Made by a program: the position numbers and the translations under genes
In this document: positions 38,210 through 49,286 of the stretch, in pieces
How the letters are laid out: each line of letters begins with the position of its first letter
Position numbering within the stretch: position 1 is the first letter of the stretch
The notes under the pieces: generated by a model
Told to the model about the DNA's origin: nothing
Databases searched by the model: none
The model's input: the letters and a program-made list of their open reading frames with translations, nothing else
Source: Heterodontus francisci
Taxonomy: Eukaryota
DNA length: 64,000 bases
Assembly (NCBI RefSeq): GCF_036365525.1
Contig: NW_027140825.1
Span: 620,001-684,000, forward strand
Direction of reading: 5' to 3'

Positions 38210-39310
38210 AACATGTTGAATCTGCACGGTCCTCCTTACCAACATTTCGGGCCTTGTGCCAAGGTTGGGAGAGCTGTCAAGCAACAACCTGACATAGTCA
38301 AACTCAGGGAATCATGCCTTACAGACAATGTCGCAGACCTCGCTATCGCCATCCCCGGGTACGTCCTGTTCCACCATCTCCAACGGCTTCATAAATGAAA
38401 TTCCCTTCAATCATTAGGTCAGAGTGGGGATGTTCACTGATGACTTCACAATGTTCAGCATCATTCGTGACAGCTCAGATTCTGAAGCAGCCTGTGTTCA
38501 GATGTAGCAAGACCTGGACAACATCCAGGCTTGGGCTGATAAGTGGCAAGTAACATTCGTGCCACACAAGTGCCACGCATTGACCATCTACAACAAGAGA
38601 GAATATAACCATCTCCCTTTGACATTCAATGGCATTACCATCGCTGAATCCCCCACTATCAACATCCTGGGGATTGCCATTGAACAGAATCTGAACTGGA
38701 GTAGCCATATAAATACTGTGGCTACAAGAGCAGGTCAGAGGCTAGGAATCCTGCAACCAGTAACTCACCTCCTGACTCCCCAAAGCCTGTTAACCATCTA
38801 CAAGGCACAAGTCAGGAGTGTGATGGAATACTGTCCATTTGCCTGGATGGGTGCAGCTCCAACAACACTCAAGAAGCTCGACACCGTCGAGGACAAAGCA
38901 GCCCGCTTGATTGGCACCCCATCTACAAACATTCACTCCCTCCACCACTGATGCTCAGTGTCAGCAGTGTGTACCATCTGCAAGATGCACTGCAGCAATT
39001 ACCAAGGCTCCCTCCGTCAACACCTTCCAAACCCGCAACCTCTACCACCTCGAAGGACAAGGGCAGCAGATGCATGGGAACACCACCACTTGCAGGTTCT
39101 CCTCCAAGTCACACACCATCGTGACTTGGAACTATATCGGCTGTTCCTTCACTAACTGTGGGTCAAAATCCTGAAACTCCCTTCCTAACAGCACTGTGGG
39201 TGTACCTACACTACATGGACTGCAGTGGTTCAAGAAGGCAGCTCACCACCACCTTCTGAAGGGGCAATTAGGGATGGACAATAAATGCTGACCTCAACCA
39301 GCATCGCCCA
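38210..39310 (+). mobile_element. CR1-clade LINE 3' part
   Basis: ILGIAIEQNLNWSSHINTV..IYKAQVRSVMEY..KKLDTV..AARLI plus the shark LINE 3' tail also seen at 3440-3610, 9000-9390 and 41985-42365. Confidence 0.85.
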
Positions 39311-39729
39311 AAATCCCATGAATGAATTAAAAAAGAGAAAATAACCTCAGCAGGGAAAGAAAAACACCAAAAATACAACAACAACCTCAGCATGCAAAAA
39401 CCGAATTGAACAACAATTTAAGCAGGGAAGAAAACAACAAGTACAACAAAAACCTCAGCAGGGAAAACACCAACCAACACAACAACTACCTCAGCAGGAG
39501 AACAAGGCCAACAAATTCAACAACAGATCAGCAGGAGATTCAAACACCAACAAATTCAACAACCTCAGCCGGAGGAAAACACCAGCAAATACAACAACAA
39601 CCTCAGCAGCAGAATGATACCAACATTTGCAACAGCAACTACTGGCAGCCAATGGTAGAGAGAGGGGCGTGGGTTCCCCATCAGGGAGGGAGGCGTTGTG
39701 CAAACCTGAATCACTTGCTTGAGTCGACA

Positions 39730-39995
39730 AGTCAGTGCCGACCACCAACCACCCATTTATACTAATCCTACACTCATTCCATATTCCTACCACATCCCCA
39801 CCTGTCCCTGTATTTCCCTCCCACCTACCTATACCACGGGCAATTTATAATGGCATGTGGGAGGAAACCGGAGCACCCAGAGGAAAGTACGCAGACACAG
39901 GAAGAACTTGCAAACTCCACACAGGCAGTCCCCAGAATTGAACCTGGGTCGCTGGAGCTATGAGGCTGCGGTGCTAACAACTGGGCCACTGTACC
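39730..39995 (-). mobile_element. V-SINE (HE1-like), partial
   Basis: tRNA-like head and V-domain core ggagtttgcaagttct..ctccggtttcctcccacat on minus. Confidence 0.8.
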
Positions 39996-41494
39996 ATCCT
40001 TTTCATTGGTGCTTTTATTTTTACTGTTGAAGTTATTGTTGAAATTGTTAGTGTTTTTTTCTGCTGCAGTTGTTTTTGTATTTTTGGGGTGTTTTCTCCT
40101 CCAGGGGGACAGCAGATGGCGAGCTAGGACCAGGAAACACATCAGACTTCACCAATATTGATTATAAAAAACATCGTTTACATTGTTCTGTAAAATTGTT
40201 TCCTTTCTCTCTCTCTTCATGCCTGTTTCTCTGTCTCTGTTGCTCTTGTTATCTTTCCTCTCTCACACACACTCACTCTCATTCTCTTTCTTTATCCCTG
40301 TCTCTCTTTCCTTCTCTCATTTCCTCTCAGCTCTGTTGCTCTTTCTGTCTCTCACACACACACCCATTCTCATTCTCCCTCTTTATCTCACTCTCTTCTT
40401 TCCTTCCCCTCTCTTTCTCGCCTCTCATTTCCACGCTTTCTCTTGCTGTCTGTCTCTATTTCTCTCTCACACGCACTCAGTCTCATTCTGTCTCTCTGTC
40501 TCTAATTAATTCTGCCTATCTCCTCTCATTTCCTGTCTCTGTTTCGCTCTGTCTCTGTCTCTCCCTGTCTGTCTCTACACCTCCTATTGCCTCATTCTCT
40601 CTATCTGTCACTCGTTCTCTCAATCTCTCTCTCTCTCTCTCTTTCGAACTAATTTTCCCTGAATCATTCCATCTCTCAGTGGCTTTGTTGATCAGTCAGT
40701 CTCTCTCTCTCTGTCTTTGCCTCAGTCTACCTCTCCCTTGCTCCCTCCCAGTTGTTCTCTCTCTCTCATTCTCTCTTTATTTCTCCCTATGTGGGGTTCC
40801 CCGGGATGGCCTCTGCCTGTCCGGCTCTGTTCCCCTCTAAGGTTTTGTTGGTATGATGTGGTCAGAGGGTGCTCTGCAAGGAATACAACGCCAGTGACAC
40901 TGGTTATTTGACCTATCTGCAGTTTCCACAGCAGCAGGGGCGGTTTGATCACACTGCTTATAACGAGCCTCCACCTCTGAAAAGAATCTCAAAGTATTTT
41001 GAGATCTGCTTTCCATATTCCTGCTTTCCAGTTTTAAGACAGGAAACGCCACTGTCCCCATTTGGTCCCATTGTTGATGACATTAATGTTCGTAATAGTT
41101 ACTTTATGCATTGCTATACATAATCTCCTCGTCAACCAAATTGAAATAATTTACTGTTCCTTGATGTGAACAGCAGTTCGGATTATTCTGACAGAGTATC
41201 ATCATTAAACATTACCAATTTTCTTTTTTCTCAGATGCAGACTGAATTGGTTTGTATTCATCCTTCCGAGTTTGGTGCATTTATAGTTTTATCAATGTAA
41301 TAAATCTGATTTATAATTGGGCTTAACCTGTGGAGCAAATATAAGTGTGAATGTAGCAGCGTGACTCTAGAAGAATAATTTGTCTCCTTCTTATTCCCTC
41401 TCTTCTGCTTTTGCCTCTGTCCCTCCCTGTGGCCCACTGTCGTTCTCTCCCCATTGATCTGCCATACTGTGTGAAGAATCTTGTTAGATGTTAG

Positions 41495-41815
41495 ATGGTT
41501 CTCCAGTCCCCAGTGGTCAATGCTCTGGTTCCCGTGGAGGAACCCACGTTCCACAGAAGCATTGGGCAGGGCAACATGACTGAGTGTTGTTTGGACTGGT
41601 AATTGCAGATTGGTGACTGCCTGGAATGGATCAGATAGAGTGTACTTTCTGCATCGAACTACAGGAAAAAGATTGAAACCCAGCACGAGACTCAGGCCAA
41701 CACTTTCCCTCTGTCCTTGAAAAGCTCCTGGCTCCAAGACAACAGCACTTACTACTGCGGGGCTCACTAGGATACACACAGTGCAACTAGAATGCAAGGA
41801 AACACGGCAAAAACT
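41495..41815 (+). pseudogene. Atypical Ig-like V pseudogene, duplicate of 8505-8825, with 23-RSS (41777-41815)
   Basis: Same frame with in-frame TAA/TAG stops; CACAGTG-23-GCAAAAACT retained. Confidence 0.82.
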
Positions 41816-42699
41816 TGGGAATTGTGTAATACACCTTACCCCAGTCTCTGGGGGTATGGTAGCATTGCTGTTATGTTACTGGGACTAGTAATCCTGAGGC
41901 TTCGACCGAATGATCCAGAGCACAAGAGTTCAAATCCCACCACAGCAGCTGGGGGAATCTAACTAAACAAACACCACCTTAAATATTCACTCCCTCCGCC
42001 ACAGACGCACAGTGGCAGCAGTGTGTACCAGCTTCACAATGCACTGCAGTAACGCACCAAGGCTCCTTCGACAGCACCTTCCAAACCCGCGACCTCAATC
42101 TGGAAGGACAAGTGCAGCAAATGCATGGGAACACCACCACCTGCAAGTTCCCCTCCAAGTCACACACCATCCTGACTTGGAACTATATTGCTGTTCCTTC
42201 ACTGTCGCTGGGTCAAAATCCTGGAACTCCCTTCCTAACAGCACTGTGGGTGTACCCACCTCACATGGACTGCAGCGGTTCAAGAAGGCAGCTCACCACC
42301 ACCTTCTCAAGGGCGATTAGGGATGGGCAATAATTGCTGGCCTGGCCAGTGACTCCCACGTCCAATGAAGTAATAAAAGAATGTTTGCAGATGTCACTAA
42401 AATCTGTGCACGGGTTAAGACAGTAGAGGGGTCCTGTGGAATCCAAAGTGATTTACCTGTGGCAGGGGATTAGGCCACACAATGGCAACTGGCATTAAAT
42501 TTAGGCAAATGTTGTGTTATGTACGTTGATGGGGCCAGAAATGAATCCAAGTATCACTTGCAGGGAAGACACTGAAAAAGGTCAGCAGAGAATTATTCTG
42601 GTCAGATCATTGAAGGGTGAAGACTGATGTAAAGAGCCTGCAGTAAAAGTTAACGGGTTTTTCGATTGTGTTAATGGAATCATCATGAATCAAATGACT

Positions 42700-44110
42700 A
42701 GATTTTAGAATAACATGAGAAATCGGAGCAGGAGTGGACTATTCGGCCCGTCGATCCTGCTCTGTCATTCAATTCCATCATGACTGATCCTCGAACTCAA
42801 CTCCACTTTTCCACCCGCTCCCCATATCCCTTCAGTCCCTGAGTGACCACATATCTGTCTATCACAACCTGAAATATATTCAATAATGGAGCATCCACCA
42901 CCCCCGAGGGTAGAGAATTCCAAAGATTTACCACCCTTTGAGTGAAGAAACCTCTCCTTATCTCAGTCCCAAATGCTTGGCCCCTTATCCTGAGGCTGAA
43001 ATAGATTCCCCAGCCAGGGGAAGCAACTTCTCAGTGTTTACCCAGTCAAGCACCTTCAGAATCTTGTATGTTTCACTGAGATCACCTTTCATTCTTCTAA
43101 ACTCCATAGACTACAGGCTCTCTCATCATAGGACAAACCTCTCATCCCAGGAACCAATGGAGTGACCCTTCGTTGTACTGCCACCAAGGCAAGTGTAGCC
43201 TTCCTCGGATATGGAGACCACAACTGTGTACAGTAAAGCAGGTGTGATCTTACCAAAGCGCTGGCCAATTGTAACAAGACTTCCTTATTCCTGTACTCCA
43301 ATCCCACTTGCAATAAAGGCCAACAGGCCATTTGCCTTGCTCATTTCTTGCTGCACCTGCATGTGAACTTACTGAGTCTCATGTACGGGGACACCCAAGC
43401 CTCTCTGAACATCAACATCGGGAAGATTCGCGCCTTGTAAAAAATTATATTCTTACAACCAAAGTGAACAACCTCATTCTTCCCCACATTTTACTCCATC
43501 TGCCAATCACTTATTTTGAAATTATGCTGCCTAGTTCTAGATTCGCCCACCAGGGGGAAACATCCTCTCGGCTTCCAAGCTGTCAATCACCCTTAAATTA
43601 TTACATGTCTCAGTAAGATCACCTCTCATTCTTCTAAACTCCAGTGGGTATCGGCTCAAACTGCTCAACATTTCCTCATAAGACAACCCCTTCATTCCAG
43701 GTATCAGCCGAGTGAACCTTCTCTGAACTAATTCCAATGCATTTATGTCCTTTCTTAATTACGTAGACCAATACTTTACTCAGTACTCCAGATGTGGTCT
43801 AACTAAGGCCCTGTACAGCTGTAGCAACACTTCCCTACTTTTATATTCTATTCCCTTTGCAATAAACAACAACATTTCATTTGCCGCCCTAATCACTCGC
43901 TGTACTTGCATGTTGACTTTTTGTGATTCACGTACCAGGACCCCAGATCCCTCTGTCCTGTCGAGACATGCAGTCTCTCTCTATTTAAATAATATTCTGA
44001 ATTCCCATTCTTCCTGCCAAAGTGGGCAAGCTCACATTTGTCCACAGTATGCTCCATCTGCCAATTTTTTGCCCACTCACTTAACCTATCTATATCCCTC
44101 TGCAGACTCT
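42700..44110 (-). mobile_element. CR1-type LINE 3' fragments (several)
   Basis: LEYRNKEVLLQL..ALVRSHL.YC; ELVQRRFTRLIPGMKGLSYEEML. Confidence 0.8.
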
Positions 44111-44451
44111 TTGTGCCCTCCTCACAATTTGTTTTCCTACCTATCTTTCACATGGTCAGCACGTTCCTGACCAATCAAAAAATAAGGCAATATTCCATGG
44201 AAGGAAAGGTGGGAATGTTGGGAAGGGAAGAGAGAAAGTCGGGCTAAGGGGCTTGCAGGAATCTGCAAAAATAACAGCAATGCTGCCGAGGGAAGTGCTC
44301 CTCATTTGTTCACTCTGCTGACAGGCGTAGTCGAGGTACAGGATGGGCGGCCAATCGTTCCACTCTCTTCATCACAACCGGTGGCATTTCCATTTACCAG
44401 GCGCTGGCTTGTTGCTCAGTAAGGGCTGCCTCTCTGCTTCTGAGAAGGGCG

Positions 44452-45077
44452 ATGGCAGTCTCAGCTAAAAACATCTCAATCTTGGTCATCTTATTGCTTG
44501 GACATTGGATTTTTTGTAAGTGCTATCCCTTCAGCAGGAGGAAGTAGATTCAATAGTAATCTCCCAAATGGCTATTGGATCAGTGCTTGGAGCGGGGAAA
44601 TTGGGAGGGCAATGGGGTAGGAGCAGGGGCAAGTGCGACTAACTCGATTGCTCTTTCAAACAGCCAGCGCAGATACGATGGGCAGAACGGCCTCTTTCTA
44701 TTCTGTTAGATTTTATGATTTATGCTACCATTTTCCTTCCATGATTCTGAATTACTTTCTTTTATGGAATGTGTTCCAGGGGTTCAGTCTGCACCCACTG
44801 TGGTCCAGACTCCAGCCGCGGCTTCTATTCGACCGGGGAAGCCCCTCGCCCTCGGCTGCAGCTTGGAGGGAGCCAGCATGGGCAGCTACACCATGCACTG
44901 GTACAGGCAGGAGGGGAAGGCAGTAGAGTGGATGTGCAATGAGCACGGCAGCTGTGGGCCAGGCTTTGAGAAGCGGTTCACTGTGCAACATGACTCTGCA
45001 AGCAACCGATTCTCCCTGCAGCTGGGCGACCCCCAGCCGACAGACACTGCGACCTACTACTGTGCAGCAAGATTGGG
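44452..45077 (+). CDS. Atypical Ig-like V gene segment, intact; leader 44452-44515, V exon 44780-45077
   Basis: MAVSAKNISILVILLLGHWIF|WVQSAPTVVQTP...LALGCSLEGASMGSYTMHWYRQEGKAVEWMCNEHGSCGPGFEKRFTVQHDSASNRFSLQLGDPQPTDTATYYCAARL; GT-AG phase 1. Confidence 0.9.
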
Positions 45078-45116
45078 CACAGCGATACAACCCTGCAGCA
45101 GAGTGAGACAAAAACA
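45078..45116 (+). other. 23-RSS
   Basis: CACAGCG, 23-bp spacer, ACAAAAACA. Confidence 0.92.
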
Positions 45117-45779
45117 TCCCCACCCTCCCAACCTGCCCCTAAAACACCCACCTGTGAGCAGCAGCATCTGGAAAGCTCAGCAAACCAACGAGCCCCTGTG
45201 TATCTCTATTGGTGACCTTTGCAACACCATGTCATTTGAAAACACTTTACAGCCAGTTAGCCAGAAAGTCATACAGCCAGTATGGTACAGAAGGAGGCCA
45301 TTCGGCCCATCGAGTCCATGCAATCTAGTCAATTCCATTCCACCTCTCTATCCCTGCGGTCTAGCAAGATTATCCCCTTCAAGTGTCCATTCAATTTCCT
45401 TTTGAAATCATTCATTGTCTCCACTTCCACCACCCTGGTAGGCAGTGAATTCCCTGTTGTTACCACTCACTGTGTATAGAGGTTCTTCCTCAAATACCCC
45501 AGTATCTATTGTCCAAAATCATCAACCTGTGACCAATAGTCCTTGCACCATCCACTAATGGGAACAGGTTTACTCTGTCTACTTTATCTAACACTGTCAC
45601 AATCGTGTACATCTCCTATCCGATCTCCCCTCAATCGCCTTTGCTCAAAGGAAAACCACCCCATATTCTCCAATCTAACCATGTAACATCCCTGGAACCA
45701 TTCTGGTAAATCTCCTCTGCAGCCTGTCAAGGACACTCATCCTTCCGAAAGTGTGGTGACCACAACTGGACGGCATACT

Positions 45780-46910
45780 CCCCCTCTCACCATCTCCATC
45801 TGCTGGTGACCCTGTCTCACTGCAGTTACTGTCCCCCTCCCACCATCCCCATCTGCTGGTGTCCCTCTCTCACTGCAGTCACTGCCCCCCTCTGACCATC
45901 TCCATCTGCTGGTGTCCCTCTCTCGATGCAGTCACTGCCCCCCTCTCACCATCTCCATCTGCTGGTGACCCTCTCTCACTGCAGTTGCTGTCACCCCTCT
46001 GACCATCTCCATCTGCCTCACTGCAGTTACTCCCCCACTCACCATCCCCATCTGCTGGTGACACTCTCTCACTGCAGTTCCTGTCCCCCTCCCACCATCT
46101 CCATCTGCTGGTTTCCCTCTCTCACTGCAGTCACTGCCCCCCTCTGACCATCTCCATCTGCTGGTGTCCCTCTCTCACTGCAGTCACTGCCCCCCTCTGA
46201 CCATCTCCATCTGCTGGTGTCCCTCTCTCACTGCAGTCACTGCCCCCCTCTCACCATCTCCATCTGCTGGTGACCCTCTCTCACTGCAGTTACTGTCACC
46301 CCTCTGACCATCTCCATCTGCCTCACTGCAGTTACTCCCCCTCTCACCATCTCCATCTGCTGGTGACACTCTCTCACTGCAGTTACTGTCCCCCTCCCAC
46401 CATCTCCATCTGCTGGTGTCCCTCTCTCACTGCAGCCACTGCCCCCTCTCACCATCTCCATCTGCTGGTGACACTCTCTCACTGCAGTTACGGTCCCCCT
46501 CCCACCATCTTCATCTGCTGGTGTCCCTCTCTCACTGCAGTTACTGTCCCCCCTCTGACCACCTCCATCTGCTGGTGACCCTGTCTCACTGCAGTTACTC
46601 CCCCTCTCACCATCTCCATCTGCTGGTGTCCCTCTCTCACTGCAGTTACTCCCCCTCCCACCATCTCCATCTGCTGGTGTCCCTGCCTCACTGCAGTTAC
46701 TCCCCCTCTCACCATCGCCATCTGCTGGTGTCCCTCTCTCACTGCAGTTACTGTCCCCCTCCCACCATCTCCATCTGCTGATGTCCCTCTCTCACTGCAG
46801 TTAATGTCCCCACTTCTCACCATCTCCATCTACTGGTGGCCCTGTCTCACTGCAGTTACTCCCCCTCTCACCATCTCCATCTGCTGGTGTCTCTATCTCA
46901 CTGCAGTTAT
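45780..46910 (+). repeat. ~53-bp minisatellite (ctctcaccatctccatctgctggtgtccctctctcactgcagttactg...)
   Basis: Period 53 (46142 to 46195), ~21 copies. Confidence 0.93.
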
Positions 46911-48574
46911 TGGTCCCTCTCTCGCTGATGATGTTAACTCCTTTTCACTCCCCACAGAGGCTGTCTGATCTGTTAACTATATCCAAGCTTGTCTATTTAT
47001 AATTCACAGGCTCAGCCAGCAGCAATAAAGTGACACAGCTCCCAGAACCGAAACCATGCATTAACTTCACCAGCATCCAGTCTGTTAAATTATGAAGAAA
47101 TGTTGCATAGACAAGGCTTGCAGTCCCGACATGAGAATATTGACAGGGGAATCTAATGGAGGTGTTTAATTTTTTTAAGGATTTAAGATGGTGAGAGGGA
47201 ACAGTAACTGCAGTGAGACAGGGAGCAGGATTAGGCCATTCAGCCCATTGAGACTGCTCTGCCATTCAATACTATCATGGCTGATCATCCACATCAATGC
47301 CTTTTCTCCAGACTATCCTCATATCCCTTTATGTCATTGGTATTTAGAAATCTGTTAATCTCTGCTTTAAACATACTCAATGACTGAGCTTCCACAGCCC
47401 TCTGGGATAGAGAATTCCAAAGATTCACAACCCTCTGAGTAAAGAAATTTCTCCTCATCTCAGTCCCAAGTGGCTTCCCCCTTATTTTGAAATTGTGCAC
47501 CTTGGTTGTAGACTCCCCAACCAAGGGAAACATCTTACCTGCATCTACCCTGTTGATAAGTCATAGGGAGAGAGAACGGAAAAGATTCACGAGTATGGTT
47601 CCAGGGATGAGGAATTTCAGTTATTGAAGATCGATTGGAGAAGTCGGAGATAAACCAACCACAAAGAGCAAGAGTGTTCGAGAGCAAGTAACAGAGAGGG
47701 AAATAGAGAAGAGAGAGAGGGGGGATGTGGGGGGGAACGAAATGGAAAGGAAAATAGAGAGACGGAGAGACTACGAGATAATGGGTGATGGAGACAGAGT
47801 AAGAAGGAAAATGAGAAATTAGAGGAAAAGAGGGTGTACAGAAAGTGAGAAAAATGAATGAGAGGTAGAGTGCCCAAGATAAGGAAAGCCTGGGACAGAG
47901 AGAAAGACAGAAAGCGAGAGAGAGTGAGAGAAAGAGAGATTGTGTGTGTGTGCGAAAGAGATCAAACAGTCGTTTAATTTTAACAAAAGTAACTTTAACC
48001 CCAGAAAAATGAGTGGAGTCACACATACAAACACAGAGTGCAGGTTAATGCCCAGACATGCTTTATTAAAGATTAAAAGTTGCAGAGAGAAATCACTCAG
48101 TAATCACGGTTGCAACCCATTGGACTCGATACAATGGTCCAAAAATATTATCACTGCCAATCAAACAATTTCATCAGCTCAACAGCGATTAGTGAAATGA
48201 TCCATAAACTGCAGTGTTCAATGATTGGAGGAAGATTACAGAGCATGACTGAGAATATATAGCAATGTGTTTAACACATCTCCCAGATCAATTACAAGAT
48301 GAATTATATAATCAGTAAATTCACTCCCTACTGTCCGATCAAATCTGACTTCCTAATTGTTGGACTTGACTTCCCTTCACTTTCTCTCTTGGCGTGCTGC
48401 CACCTGCCACCCATGGACAGAGTGTACACTCCTTCCTCCCCTTCCCCAACACCCTCATGTCTTTATTCATCCACAGTGTCCCATTAGGGAATTAGTGTGC
48501 TCTTGGTTTGAAGTGAAACACAATTTTCCAGCTCAATGTTTGAAATCCTTCTCACTGTTGTTCTGCATCATTGT

Positions 48575-49170
48575 AGGGAGTGACCTGGAGAATGAAGCAT
48601 TATTATAGAGAGTGACCTGGACAATGAGGGATTATTATAGGGAGTGATCTGGAGAATGAGGGATTTTTATAGAGAGAGATCTGGAGAATGAGGGATTATT
48701 ATAGGGAGTGATCTGGAGAATGAGGGATTATTATCGAGAGTGATCCAGAGAATGAGGGATTATTATAGAGAGTGATCTGGAGAATGAGGGATTATTATAG
48801 AGAGTGATCTGGAGAATGAGGGATTTTTATAGAGAGTGATCAGGAGAATGAGGGATTATTATAGGGAGTGATCTGGAGAATGTGGGATTTTAATAGAGAG
48901 TGATCTGGAGAATGAGGGATTATTTTAGAGAGTGATCTGGAGAATGAGGGATTATTATAGAGAGTGACCTGGGGAATGAGGGATTATTGTAGAGAGTTGT
49001 CTGGGGAATGAGGGATTATTATAGAGAGTGATCTGGAGAATGAGGGATTGTTATAGAGAGTGATCTGGGGAATGAGGGATTGTTATAGAGATTGATCTGG
49101 AGAATGAGGGATTGTTATAGAGAGTGATCTGGAGAATGAGGGATTATTATAGAGAGTGATCTGGGGAAAG
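48575..49170 (+). repeat. 32-bp minisatellite (gagtgatctggagaatgagggattattataga), ~18 copies
   Basis: Period 32 (48781 to 48813); starts ~120 bp after the deaminase stop codon. Confidence 0.95.
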
Positions 49171-49286
49171 CTGCATTATTAACAGAATAAAATGGAAGTA
49201 GATAGATTTCTAGAGTAATAGAATGATTTGCACTGTTTTCCTGGGACTCTCTGATCTGCTATTGCCTCCTGTAGTGAGACTGTTTA

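Larger units (their letters stand above)
39140..42370 (+). repeat. Segmental duplication, copy 2 (lacks the V gene of copy 1)
   Basis: Colinear with 3440-4325 and 7030-9390; the interval corresponding to ~4326-7030 is replaced by a SINE. Confidence 0.9.

Noticed and set aside
45117-45405. C-terminal extension of ORF 44722..45405 as a single-exon V-containing protein
   Set aside because: Read-through across the RSS into flanking and repeat DNA; the same applies to the tails of the other V ORFs.
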